Shown: positions 22,101-35,415, counted from the stretch's first letter. The stretch: 64,000 nt of DNA from Macrostomum hystrix (GCA_950097015.1 CATNEN010000003.1:3844001-3908000), one strand, 5' to 3'. Notes: generated by a model not told the origin, from the letters alone. Numbers and translations: made by a program.

Positions 22101-25100
22101 TGACTTGCTGATCCTTGAGGCTTGACTCGCTGATCCTTGAGGCTTGACTCGCTGATCCTTGAGGTTTGACTCGCTGATCCTTGAGGTTTGACTCGCTGAT
22201 CCTTGAGGCTTGACTCGCTGATCCTTGAGGCTTGACTCGCTGATCCTTGAGGTTTGACTCGCTGATCCTTGAGGCTTGACTTGCTGATCCTTGAGGCTTG
22301 ACTCGCTGATCCTTGAGGCTTGACTCGCTGATCCTTGAGGCTTGACTCCGCTGATCCTTGAGGCTTGACTCGCTGATCCTAGAGGCTTGACTCCGCTGAT
22401 CCTTGAGGTTTGACTCGCTGATCCTTGAGGCTTGACTTGCTGATCCTTGAGGCTTGACTCGCTGATCCTTGAGGCTTGACTCGCTGATCCTTGAGGCTTG
22501 ACTCGCTGATCCTTGAGGCTTGACTTTCTGATCCTTGAGGCTTGACTCGCTGATCCTTGAGGCTTGACTCGCTGATCCTTGAGGCTTGACTCGCTGATCC
22601 TTGAGGTTAGACTCGCTGATCCTTGAGGCTTGACTTGCTGATCCTTGAGGCTTGACTCGCTGATCCTTGAGGTTTGACTCGCTGATCCTTGAGGCTTGAC
22701 TCGCTGATCCTTGAGGCTTGACTCGCTGCTCCTTGAGGCTTGACTTGCTGATCCTTGAGGCTTGACTTGCTGATCCTTGAGGCTTGACTCGCTGCTCCTT
22801 GAGGCTTGACTTGCTGATCCTTGAGGCTTGACTCGCTGATCCTTGAGGCTTGACTCGCTGATCCTTGAGGTTCTCTCGCTGATCCTTGAGGCTTGACTCG
22901 CTGATCCTTGAGGCTTGACTCGCTGATCCTTGAGGCTTGACTCGCTGATCCTTGAGGCTTGACTCGCTGATCCTAGAGGCTTGACTTGCTGATCATTGAG
23001 GCTTGACTCGCTGATCCTAGAGGCTTGACTCGCTGATCCTAGAGGCTTGACTCGCTGATCATTTAGACTTGACTCGCTGATCCTTGAGGCTTGACTCGCT
23101 GATCCTTGAGGCTTGACTCGCTGATCCTTGAGGCTTGACTCGCTGATCCTTGAGGCTTGACTCGCTGATCCTAGAGGCTTGACTTGCTGATCCTTGAGGC
23201 TTGACTCGCTGATCCTTGAGGCTTGACTCGCTGATCCTTGAGGCTTGACTCGCTGATCCTAGAGGCTTGACTTGCTGATCATTGAGGCTTGACTCGCTGA
23301 TCCTAGAGGCTTGACTTGCTGATCCTTGAGGCTTGACTCGCTGATCCTTGAGGCTTGACTTGCTGATCCTTGAGGCTTGACTCGCTGATCCTAGAGGCTT
23401 GACTTGCTGATCCTTGAGGCTTGACTTGCTGATCCTTGAGGCTTGACTCGCTGATCCTTGAGGCTTGACTCGCTGATCCTTGAGGCTTGACTTTCTGATC
23501 CTTGAGGCTTGACTCGCTGATCCTTGAGGCTTGACTCGCTGATCCTTGAGGCTTGACTCGCTGATCCTTGAGGTTAGACTCGCTGATCCTTGAGGCTTGA
23601 CTTGCTGATCCTTGAGGCTTGACTCGCTGATCCTTGAGGTTTGACTCGCTGATCCTTGAGGCTTGACTCGCTGATCCTTGAGGCTTGACTCGCTGCTCCT
23701 TGAGGCTTAACTCGCTGATCCTTGAGGCTTGACTCGCTGATCCTTGAGGCTTGACTCGCTGATCCTTGAGGCTTGACTCGCTGATCCTTGAGGTTAGACT
23801 CGCTGATCCTTGAGGCTTGACTCGCTGATCCTTGAGGTTTGACTCACTGATCCTTGAGGTTAGACTCGCTGATCCTTGAGGCTTGACTCGCTGATCCTTG
23901 AGGCTTGACTCGCTGATCCTTGAGGCTTGACTCGCTGATCCTTGTGGTTTGACTTGCTGATCCTTGAGGTTTGACTCGCTGATCCTTGAGGCTTGACTCC
24001 GCTGATCCTTGAGGTTTGACTCGCTGATCCTTGAGGTTAGACTCGCTGATCCTTGAGGCTTGACTCGCTGATCCTTGAGGTTTGACTCGCTGATCCTTGA
24101 GGTTAGACTCGCTGATCCTTGAGGCTTGACTCGCTGATCCTTGAGGCTTGACTCGCTGATCCTTGAGGCTTGACTCGCTGATCCTTGTGGTTTGACTTGC
24201 TGATCCTTGAGGTTTGACTCGCTGATCCTTGAGGCTTGACTCCGCTGATCCTTGAGGCTTGACTTGCTGATCCTTGAGGCTTGACTCGCTGATCCTAGAG
24301 GCTTGACTTGCTGATCCTTGAGGCTTGACTTGCTGATCCTTGAGGCTTGACTCGCTGATCCTTGAGGCTTGACTCGCTGATCCTTGAGGCTTGACTTTCT
24401 GATCCTTGAGGCTTGACTCGCTGATCCTTGAGGCTTGACTCGCTGATCCTTGAGGCTTGACTCGCTGATCCTTGAGGTTAGACTCGCTGATCCTTGAGGC
24501 TTGACTTGCTGATCCTTGAGGCTTGACTCGCTGATCCTTGAGGTTTGACTCGCTGATCCTTGAGGCTTGACTCGCTGATCCTTGAGGCTTGACTCGCTGC
24601 TCCTTGAGGCTTAACTCGCTGATCCTTGAGGCTTGACTCGCTGATCCTTGAGGCTTGACTCGCTGATCCTTGAGGCTTGACTCGCTGATCCTTGAGGTTA
24701 GACTCGCTGATCCTTGAGGCTTGACTCGCTGATCCTTGAGGTTTGACTCGCTGATCCTTGAGGTTAGACTCGCTGATCCTTGAGGCTTGACTCGCTGATC
24801 CTTGAGGCTTGACTCGCTGATCCTTGAGGCTTGACTCGCTGATCCTTGTGGTTTGACTTGCTGATCCTTGAGGTTTGACTCGCTGATCCTTGAGGCTTGA
24901 CTCCGCTGATCCTAGAGGCTTGACTCGCTGATCCTAGAGGCTTGACTCGCTGATCATTTAGACTTGACTCGCTGATCCTTGAGGCTTGACTCGCTGATCC
25001 TTGAGGCTTGACTCGCTGATCCTTGAGGCTTGACTCGCTGATCCTTGAGGCTTGACTCGCTGATCCTAGAGGCTTGACTTGCTGATCCTTGAGGCTTGAC

Positions 25101-28100
25101 TCGCTGATCCTTGAGGCTTGACTCGCTGATCCTTGAGGCTTGACTCGCTGATCCTAGAGGCTTGACTTGCTGATCCTTGAGGCTTGACTCGCTGATCCTT
25201 GAGGCTTGACTCGCTGATCCTTGAGGCTTGACTCGCTGATCCTTGAGGTTAGACTCGCTGATCCTTGAGGCTTGACTTGCTGATCCTTGAGGCTTGACTC
25301 GCTGATCCTTGAGGTTTGACTCGCTGATCCTTGAGGCTTGACTCGCTGATCCTTGAGGCTTGACTCGCTGCTCCTTGAGGCTTAACTCGCTGATCCTTGA
25401 GGCTTGACTCGCTGATCCTTGAGGCTTGACTCGCTGATCCTTGAGGCTTGACTCGCTGATCCTTGAGGTTAGACTCGCTGATCCTTGAGGCTTGACTCGC
25501 TGATCCTTGAGGTTTGACTCGCTGATCCTTGAGGTTAGACTCGCTGATCCTTGAGGCTTGACTCGCTGATCCTTGAGGCTTGACTCGCTGATCCTTGAGG
25601 CTTGACTCGCTGATCCTTGTGGTTTGACTTGCTGATCCTTGAGGTTTGACTCGCTGATCCTTGAGGCTTGACTCCGCTGATCCTTGAGGTTTGACTCGCT
25701 GATCCTTGAGGCTTGACTCCGCTGATCCTTGAGGCTTGACTCGCTGATCCTTGAGGCTTGACTCGCTGATCCTTGAGGTTTGACTCGCTGATCCTTGAGG
25801 TTCTCTCGCTGATCCTTGAGGCTTGACTCGCTGATCATTTAGACTTGACTCGCTGATCCTTGAGGTTTGACTCGCTGATCCTTGAGGTTTGACTCGCTGA
25901 TCCTTGAGGCTTGACTCGCTGATCCTTGAGGTTAGACTCGCTGATCCTTGAGGCTTGACTCGCTGATCCTTGAGGTTTGACTCGCTGATCCTTGAGGTTA
26001 GACTCGCTGATCCTTGAGGCTTGACTCGCTGATCCTTGAGGCTTGACTCGCTGATCCTTGAGGCTTGACTCGCTGATCCTTGTGGTTTGACTTGCTGATC
26101 CTTGAGGTTTGACTCGCTGATCCTTGAGGCTTGACTCCGCTGATCCTTGAGGTTTGACTCGCTGATCCTTGAGGCTTGACTCCGCTGATCCTTGAGGCTT
26201 GACTCGCTGATCCTTGAGGCTTGACTCGCTGATCCTTGAGGTTTGACTCGCTGATCCTTGAGGCTAAACTCGCTGATCCTTGAGGCTTGACTCGCTGATC
26301 CTTGAGGCTTGACTTGCTGATCCTTGAGGCTTGACTCGCTGATCCTTGAGGCTTGACTCGCTGATCCTTGAGGCTTGACTCGCTGATCCTTGAGGCTTGA
26401 CTTTCTGATCCTTGAGGCTTGACTCGCTGATCCTTGAGGCTTGACTCGCTGATCCTTGAGGCTTGACTCGCTGATCCTTGAGGTTCTCTCGCTGATCCTT
26501 GAGGCTTGACTCGCTGATCCTTGAGGCTTGACTCGCTGATCCTTGAGGCTTGACTCGCTGATCCTTGAGGCTTGACTCGCTGATCCTAGAGGCTTGACTT
26601 GCTGATCATTGAGGCTTGACTCGCTGATCCTAGAGGCTTGACTCGCTGATCCTAGAGGCTTGACTCGCTGATCATTTAGACTTGACTCGCTGATCCTTGA
26701 GGCTTGACTCGCTGATCCTTGAGGCTTGACTCGCTGATCCTTGAGGCTTGACTCGTTATACCTTGAGGCTTGACTTGCTGATCCTTGAGGCTTGACTCGC
26801 TGATCCTTGAGGCTTGACTTGCTGATCCTTGAGGTTAGACTCGCTGATCCTTGAGGCTTGACTCGCTGATCCTAGAGGCTTGACTCGCTGATCCTTGAGG
26901 CTTGACTCGCTGATCCTTGAGGCTTGACTCGCTGATCCTTGAGGCTTGACTCGCTGATCCTTGAGGCTTGACTCGCTGATCCTTGAGGTTAGACTCGCTG
27001 ATCCTTGAGGCTTGACTTGCTGATCCTTGAGGCTTGACTCGCTGATCCTTGAGGTTTGACTCGCTGATCCTTGAGGCTTGACTCGCTGATCCTTGAGGCT
27101 TGACTCGCTGCTCCTTGAGGCTTAACTCGCTGATCCTTGAGGCTTGACTCGCTGATCCTTGAGGCTTGACTCGCTGATCCTTGAGGCTTGACTCGCTGAT
27201 CCTTGAGGTTAGACTCGCTGATCCTTGAGGCTTGACTCGCTGATCCTTGAGGTTTGACTCGCTGATCCTTGAGGTTAGACTCGCTGATCCTTGAGGCTTG
27301 ACTCGCTGATCCTTGAGGCTTGACTCGCTGATCCTTGAGGCTTGACTCGCTGATCCTTGTGGTTTGACTTGCTGATCCTTGAGGTTTGACTCGCTGATCC
27401 TTGAGGCTTGACTCCGCTGATCCTTGAGGTTTGACTCGCTGATCCTTGAGGCTTGACTCCGCTGATCCTTGAGGCTTGACTCGCTGATCCTTGAGGCTTG
27501 ACTCGCTGATCCTTGAGGTTTGACTCGCTGATCCTTGAGGCTAAACTCGCTGATCCTTGAGGCTTGACTCGCTGATCCTTGAGGCTTGACTCGCTGATCC
27601 TTGATGTTTGACTCGCTGATCCTTGAGGCTTGACTCGCTGATCCTTGAGGCTTGACTCGCTGATCCTTGAGGCTTGACTCGCTGATCCTTGAGGCTTGAC
27701 TCCGCTGATCCTTGAGGTTTGACTCGCTGATCCTTGAGGCTTGACTCCGCTGATCCTTGAGGCTTGACTCGCTGATCCTTGAGGCTTGACTCGCTGATCC
27801 TTGAGGTTTGACTCGCTGATCCTTGAGGTTCTCTCGCTGATCCTTGAGGCTTGACTCGCTGATCATTTAGACTTGACTCGCTGATCCTTGAGGCTTGACT
27901 CGCTGATCCTTGATGTTTGACTCGCTGATCCTTGAGGCTTGACTCGCTGATCCTTGAGGCTTGACTCGCTGATCCTTGAGGCTTGACTCGCTGATCCTTG
28001 ATGTTTGACTCGCTGATCCTTGAGGCTTGACTCGCTGCTCCTTGAGGCTTGACTCGCTGATCCTTGAGGCTTGACTCGCTGATCCTTGAGGTTCTCTCGC

Positions 28101-31100
28101 TGATCCTTGAGGCTTGACTCGCTGATCATTTAGACTTGACTCGCTTATCCTTGAGTCTTGACTCGCTGATCTTTGAGGCTTGACTCGCTGATCCTTGAGG
28201 TTTGACTCGCTGATCCTTGAGGCTTGACTCGCTGATCCTTGAGGTTTGACTCGCTGATCCTTGAGGCTTGACTCGCTGATCCTTGAGGCTTGACTCGCTG
28301 ATCCTTGAGGTTTGACTCGCTGATCCTTGAGGCTTGACTCCGCTGATCCTTGAGGTTTGACTCGCTGATCCTTGAGGCTTGACTTGCTGATCCTTGAGGC
28401 TTGACTCGCTGATCCTTGAGGCTTGACTCGCTGATCCTTGAGGCTTGACTCGCTGATCCTAGAGGCTTGACTTGCTGATCCTTGAGGCTTGACTCGCTGA
28501 TCTTTGAGGCTTGACTCGCTGATCCTTGAGGCTTGACTCGCTGATCCTTGAGGCTTGACTTGCTGATCCTTGAGGCTTGACTCGCTGATCCTTGAGGCTT
28601 GACTCGCTGATCCTTGAGGCTTGACTCGCTGATCCTTGAGGCTTGACTCGCTGATCCTTGAGGCTTGACTCGCTGATCCTTGAGGCTTGACTCGCTGATC
28701 CTTGAGGTTCTCTCGCTAATCCTTGAGGCTTGACTCGCTGATCCTAGAGGCTGGACTTGCTGATCCTTGAGGCTTGACTCGCTGATCCTTGAGGCTTGAC
28801 TTGCTGATCCTTGAGGCTTGACTCGCTGATCCTTGAGGCTTGACTCGCTGATCCTTGATGTTTGACTCGCTGATCCTTGAGGCTTGACTCGCTGCTCCTT
28901 GAGGCTTGACTCGCTGATCCTTGAGGCTTGACTCGCTGATCCTTGAGGTTTGACTCGCTGATCCTTGAGGTTCTCTCGCTGATCCTTGAGGCTTGACTCG
29001 CTGATCATTTAGACTTGACTCGCTGATCCTTGAGGTTTGACTCGCTGATCCTTGAGGTTTGACTCGCTGATCCTTGAGGTTTGACTCGCTGATCCTTGAG
29101 GCTTGACTCCGCTGATCCTTGAGGCTTGACTCGCTGATCCTTGAGGCTTGACTCGCTGATCCTAGAGGCTTGACTTGCTGATCATTGAGGCTTGACTCGC
29201 TGATCCTAGAGGCTTGACTTGCTGATCCTTGAGGCTTGACTCGCTGATCCTTGAGGCTTGACTCGCTGATCCTTGAGGCTTGACTCGTTATACCTTGAGG
29301 CTTGACTTGCTGATCCTTGAGGCTTGACTCGCTGATCCTTGAGGCTTGACTCGCTGATCCTTGAGGTTTGACTCGCTGATCCTTGAGGCTTGACTTGCTG
29401 ATCCTTGAGGCTTGACTCCGCTGATCCTTGAGGCTTGACTCGCTGATCCTAGAGGCTTGACTCCGCTGATCCTTGAGGTTTGACTCGCTGATCCTTGAGG
29501 CTTGACTTGCTGATCCTTGAGGCTTGACTCGCTGATCCTTGAGGCTTGACTCGCTGATCCTTGAGGCTTGACTCGCTGATCCTTGAGGCTTGACTTGCTG
29601 ATCCTTGAGGCTTGACTCGCTGATCCTAGAGGCTTGACTTGCTGATCCTTGAGGCTTGACTTGCTGATCCTTGAGGCTTGACTCGCTGATCCTTGAAGCT
29701 TGACTCGCTGATCCTTGAGGCTTGACTTTCTGATCCTTGAGGCTTGACTCGCTGATCCTTGAGGCTTGACTCGCTGATCCTTGAGGCTTGACTCGCTGAT
29801 CCTTGAGGTTAGACTCGCTGATCCTTGAGGCTTGACTTGCTGATCCTTGAGGCTTGACTCGCTGATCCTTGAGGTTTGACTCGCTGATCCTTGAGGCTTG
29901 ACTCGCTGATCCTTGAGGCTTGACTCGCTGCTCCTTGAGGCTTAACTCGCTGATCCTTGAGGCTTGACTCGCTGATCCTTGAGGCTTGACTCGCTGATCC
30001 TTGAGGCTTGACTCGCTGATCCTTGAGGTTAGACTCGCTGATCCTTGAGGCTTGACTCGCTGATCCTTGAGGTTTGACTCGCTGATCCTTGAGGTTAGAC
30101 TCGCTGATCCTTGAGGCTTGACTCGCTGATCCTTGAGGCTTGACTCGCTGATCCTTGAGGCTTGACTCGCTGATCCTTGTGGTTTGACTTGCTGATCCTT
30201 GAGGTTTGACTCGCTGATCCTTGAGGCTTGACTCCGCTGATCCTTGAGGTTTGACTCGCTGATCCTTGAGGCTTGACTCCGCTGATCCTTGAGGCTTGAC
30301 TCGCTGATCCTTGAGGCTTGACTCGCTGATCCTTGAGGTTTGACTCGCTGATCCTTGAGGCTTAACTCGCTGATCCTTGAGGCTTGACTCGCTGATCCTT
30401 GAGGCTTGACTCGCTGATCCTTGATGTTTGACTCGCTGATCCTTGAGGCTTGACTCGCTGATCCTTGAGGCTTGACTCGCTGATCCTTGAGGCTTGACTC
30501 GCTGATCCTTGAGGCTTGACTCCGCTGATCCTTGAGGTTTGACTCGCTGATCCTTGAGGCTTGACTCCGCTGATCCTTGAGGCTTGACTCGCTGATCCTT
30601 GAGGCTTGACTCGCTGATCCTTGAGGCTTGACTCGCTGATCCTTGAGGCTTGACTCCGCTGATCCTTGAGGCTTGACTCGCTGATCCTTGAGGCTTGACT
30701 CGCTGATCCTTGAGGTTTGACTCGCTGATCCTTGAGGTTCTCTCGCTGATCCTTGAGGCTTGACTCGCTGATCATTTAGACTTGACTCGCTGATCCTTGA
30801 GGCTTGACTCGCTGATCCTTGATGTTTGACTCGCTGATCCTTGAGGCTTGACTCGCTGATCCTTGAGGCTTGACTCGCTGATCCTTGAGGCTTGACTCGC
30901 TGATCCTTGATGTTTGACTCGCTGATCCTTGAGGCTTGACTCGCTGCTCCTTGAGGCTTGACTCGCTGATCCTTGAGGCTTGACTCGCTGATCCTTGAGG
31001 TTCTCTCGCTGATCCTTGAGGCTTGACTCGCTGATCATTTAGACTTGACTCGCTGATCCTTGAGGCTTGACTCGCTGATCCTTGAGGCTTGACTCGCTGA

Positions 31101-31463
31101 TCCTTGAGGTTTGACTCGCTGATCCTTGAGGCTTGACTCGCTGATCCTTGAGGTTTGACTCGCTGATCCTTGAGGCTTGACTCGCTGATCCTTGAGGCTT
31201 GACTCGCTGATCCTTGAGGTTTGACTAGCTGATCCTTGAGGCTTGACTCCGCTGATCCTTGAGGTTTGACTCGCTGATCCTTGAGGCTTGACTTGCTGAT
31301 CCTTGAGGCTTGACTCGCTGATCCTTGAGGCTTGACTCGCTGATCCTTGAGGCTTGACTCGCTGATCCTAGAGGCTTGACTTGCTGATCCTTGAGGCTTG
31401 ACTCGCTGATCCTTGAGGCTTGACTCGCTGATCCTTGAGGTTAGACTCGCTGATCCTTGAGGC
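16071..31463. repeat. 15.4-kb satellite, 22-bp monomer GCTGATCCTTGAGGCTTGACTC (~700 copies) with higher-order duplications
   Basis: Directly visible. Recurrent variants (GGTTCTCTC, CCTAGAGG, CATTTAGAC, GCTTAGCATTG) mark duplicated blocks, e.g. 16637 vs 17408 (771-bp offset). Confidence 0.99.
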
Positions 31464-32266
31464 TTAACACATTATGTCACCGAGAGTGGAGCGTCCGACC
31501 TGCAGCCCGACTCGCAGGCGGTACTGCTGCTCAGCGCCGAGAACCTCGAACATTTTGAACTCAGTGCTGTACTTCCTGCCGCTGAAGTCCTCCGTCTCGA
31601 TCCTCAGTCCGCATCGAGCTGTGAGTGGGTAGCCGTTCTTCGCTCCGGTGACAGTCAACTCGGACAGACGCTCCAGGCCTGCGGGATTCGAGTAAACTCA
31701 CAAACAGACTCTCATACTCACAAAGGCGGGAAGAAATGATCCAATGAAGGATTGGAAAGCTCCCTACTCACCCATCCAGTAGTTGGACTTGGGATTTCCG
31801 AACCCTTCACGAACTGGTGTTCCGAACTGGATTTCCGAACACCATGCAGGTCAGCCGCTTCACATGAGCTCTTCATCTCCTCCAGAAGTGAGAGTCCTGA
31901 CTCGCCGCTCGTCAAGGCTTTGTTGACCTTCACTTTCAATCCCGTGATTGTGACTCGGCCGACCTTCATCGACGAGTGGACGGGTGATCGCAAGGTGTTG
32001 GCATCGATGCGGACAGGTAGGACCAGCTGGTACTTCATGTAGACTCGGCTGTACTTCGGTGAGCTGCAAGACGAGTCGAATGCGACTCTGGGCTCCGCCA
32101 CCTGAGCTCCATCCACCTCAAACACCCTCAACTTTGATCCTCTGAAGGAGACCGTGCCGACACTGTTGAAGCTGTCAACGTCCATGTACTGCACGTCTCC
32201 CTGTGAGAGAGAGACGCAGCAGGAGAAGCATAGAAGAGCGACGGCGGCGAGAGTCCACGACTGCAT
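31464..32266 (-). pseudogene. Disrupted paralogue of the FReD gene
   Basis: Nearly identical to 15063-14065, including the intron. About 240 bp of exon 1 (WVVFQRR region) is replaced by a ~35-bp filler causing a frameshift, and the C-terminal ~78 codons are missing at the satellite junction. Confidence 0.92.
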
Positions 32267-32983
32267 GGCTGTGTGACAGTGAATGATCCTGACGCTTGAC
32301 TTGCTGATTTTTGCAGTAATTTGGACGCTTCATAGACGATTTTTATTATGTTTGTGCTGTTTTAGTTTTCTGCAGATCTAGTCATGCTATAATGATAAGA
32401 ATTATACAACATAGGATTAGTGCTAAAAAATGCTATGTATATAGATTATATATTCAGACATTAAACATAAATTATGCACTTATATACTAAGCATATTTTT
32501 ATGCAGTTATGCTAATTACGAATAGGCGGACCGTCCGGTAAGCCCGTGTTTGTCGCGGACTCTTGCTAAAGCGCATAAACTTTCATAACACTTTTTGTTC
32601 TCCTAAGGCTCATTCCATGCTCCTATCAAAAGAGGCCAAAACACAAGATTGTTAATTTTTTGCGATTTTTTGAACATACAACACAAATGTGCGTACACCG
32701 TACACCTAATTTAGGGTTGAACTAGGAGTTTAGGATTAAACTAGTGCATCAAAAAGTAAAAAAATATTTTTACTAATCTGATCAACAAACACAAGTATAT
32801 AATGAACTATAGTTTTTTGTTTTGTTTAAATTACTAAGACAGGCTTGTTAAGTGTACGCACAGTTTTAAGTTGACATTAAAACTTCTTAGAAAAGAGGAC
32901 ATCGTGCTGTGCTCCTGTTGCTTTCAAATCCGTATTCCGCCATTTTTATTGCAATACGTTATCTCCGGTGCCATTTTGCTGTC

Positions 32984-33964
32984 ATGCGGCTAGTGCCAGT
33001 TATTTTATTCGTCTGTCTAGCCTTCGAATTGTCTTTTGCTGACCCTGCAAAAGATCAAGTCCTCTCGCAACGCGTGCAACAACTAATTGACTGGAGCTCT
33101 AGAAAATCTGTTATTCGATTAAATTCGGACAAATTTCGCCAGTATGTTAAGGGACCGCCAAAGAACTACTCTGTAATCGTAATGTTGACTGCATTATCTC
33201 CATCTCGTGGTTGTCAAGTTTGCAAGTATGCTCATGAGGAATTCACGATTGTCGCTAACTCATGGCGATATGCTCAGTCATGGACGAGTTCACTGTTCTT
33301 TGCTATGGTCGACTTTGACGAGGGATCTGATGTGTTTTCTCTGTTGAAGCAGAATTCAGCGCCAGTTTTTATTCATTTTCCTCCAAAAGGTCAGCCAAAG
33401 AAAGGGGATGTAATGGATATACATCGTGTTGGCTTTCAAGCTGAAGTTATGGCTCGTTGGATTACTGAAAGAACTGATATCCAAATCCGCGTATTCCGCC
33501 CACCAAACTACTCCTGGACTCTTGTGCTTGGTATCCTGATGTCGATGGCAGTTGGTGTGCTCTATCTAAAACGCAGCAGCTTGGATTTCATTCATAACAA
33601 AAAGTCGTGGGGAATCTTCACAACTACTGTTATTTTTGCTATGATTTCTGGACAGATGTGGAACCATATCCGTGGCCCACCATTTCTCCACAAGCAACCA
33701 AACAGTGCCAACTTTATGTACATTTATCCTGGTGCTGACTTTCAATTCATTGCAGAAACCTTCATTATATACATTTTGTATGCTGCTATTGTTGGTAGTG
33801 TTGTGCTTCTTAATGAAGCCCATTCATCGTCTAAGATTGATGCTGGCAAAAGGAAGGTTATCGCTCTGTCTGGTATTGGAATTTTCCTTGTCTTCTTTAG
33901 CCTACTTCTCTCAATCTTTCGAAGCAAGTATAGTGGTTATCCTTATAGCTTATTCTTCAAATAA
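32984..33964 (+). CDS. MAGT1: MAGT1/TUSC3 (OST3/OST6) oligosaccharyltransferase oxidoreductase subunit, 326 aa, intronless
   Basis: Signal peptide, thioredoxin-like domain with CQVC, NYSVIVMLTAL, FFAMVDFDEGSDVF, SGQMWNHIRGPP, four TM segments and C-terminal FRSKYSGYPYS. The first ATG is at 32984. MAGT1 vs TUSC3 is not resolvable. Confidence 0.96.
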   Translation: MRLVPVILFVCLAFELSFADPAKDQVLSQRVQQLIDWSSRKSVIRLNSDKFRQYVKGPPKNYSVIVMLTALSPSRGCQVCKYAHEEFTIVANSWRYAQSWTSSLFFAMVDFDEGSDVFSLLKQNSAPVFIHFPPKGQPKKGDVMDIHRVGFQAEVMARWITERTDIQIRVFRPPNYSWTLVLGILMSMAVGVLYLKRSSLDFIHNKKSWGIFTTTVIFAMISGQMWNHIRGPPFLHKQPNSANFMYIYPGADFQFIAETFIIYILYAAIVGSVVLLNEAHSSSKIDAGKRKVIALSGIGIFLVFFSLLLSIFRSKYSGYPYSLFFK

Positions 33965-35415
33965 GTAGTCTTTAACTTTGAGCTAAGTCAACAAGTTTGC
34001 TGAAGACAAATGTAATAGCTATTGTTTTGCCTAACATAACTGAAATTACATTTTATTTAATATTCATAACAAAGAGAATTTTCTCATTTTTTCTTTTTTT
34101 TGTTCTTATCCTGTTGAACTTGATATCCGAAATTGTTATATTAGTGTTTCTAGTGTTTTTAAAAGTAAATTTGAAGCAATAATTGTTTTTAGGAGTACAA
34201 CATTTTGCTTCATTTTTAGTATGTTAATTAAAAAAACTAGCAAATTTTATTCTGTGCTTCAGCTATTTCCCCCCTTTCAAGTTCTGTAAGTCATACATTT
34301 TATTTAAAATATTACTCATAAGTATGTAACTGTCATTTTTTTCTTATAATCTAAAGCTTATAGGTAGGTTATTGTCATTCTATTCATTAACTATTTTTAA
34401 CCATTAAATGCTGACTAGCCTTCAGAGCACAAAATAAAAATAAACTTTCTTTAAATGGTGTTTATCTTTTGAATCTATAGCATACAAGTTTTTACATTAT
34501 CAAATGTTAAAAAAATCTATTTTGTTTTTTTAGTTTTTGTGGCCAATATAAATGGGTAATAAAAAAGAGCAACACTAGTTATTATTATATGTATCAAATT
34601 GTGTTACCTAACATTTCATAGATTATAAGAATAATACCACTTGCTTTACAGATAATGAAAGCAAAATTAAAACAAATAAAACCTCTAAATTTTAATCAAG
34701 ACTTGAACACAATTATTTATATGATTGGCTAAACAAGTAACAGTTTTCTCTTTATTTACTTTTTTGTGTGTGTTTACTAGCTGTTCTCTCTCAGTAATCT
34801 AAATTTTGTATACTTGTATGGAATAAACTTTCTTCTGCTAAAGCATTCTTGTTTGCTGATGATTTTCAACAACTGTTGTGAAGTGAATTTATAAAAGACC
34901 TGTTATGCTACTTCTTATCTAGCAATAAATCTGTTCTTTGGCATTCACTTTGCTATGTCGTTTGGCTTTTATTATTTCTTTTGAAGATGATAGTTGTTTG
35001 AAGTGTTTATTAAATGGTATGCATAGTTTGACCACAAGCAATATATTAGGTTTAAAGTGTAATTTACAGTTTTTGAAAGCTAGTTTTCTCAGTTTCCTTT
35101 TCATGCTTAAGTTAAACTGTCAGATTAGCTTTGGTTGTGTACTTCAAATTGCTTGACATTAAATTTAGTAAATAAAGTAAATTAGATAAAACACATGCAC
35201 CTCAGAGGGTATAGGTGGTATATTAAAAAAAGAATGGATCAAAATCAGTAAAGCTGTTTGCGAGAAAATCAATTATGCACAACCAAGTCTATGAGACTAG
35301 AGCTGTATATTTACAGTTCACGATTCTTTCAGTAATGTCATAATTTAATTGTATCAATTGGTGTATAATTCAACAATTTAATTGAGCTTTTAAGCAGTTT
35401 TGTCATGCTGTATTG

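Noticed and set aside
16637-31038. Long minus-strand ORFs (up to 814 aa) as real repeat proteins
   Set aside because: They are a by-product of a stop-free 22-bp monomer. The same peptide appears in all frames, frameshifting variants are tolerated, and there is no unique N- or C-terminus.
6209-33964. Functional metal-transport cluster (NRAMP + MAGT1)
   Set aside because: MAGT1/TUSC3 is primarily an OST subunit, the genes are 24 kb apart on opposite strands, and there is no evidence of co-regulation. I also saw no iron-responsive element near NRAMP.
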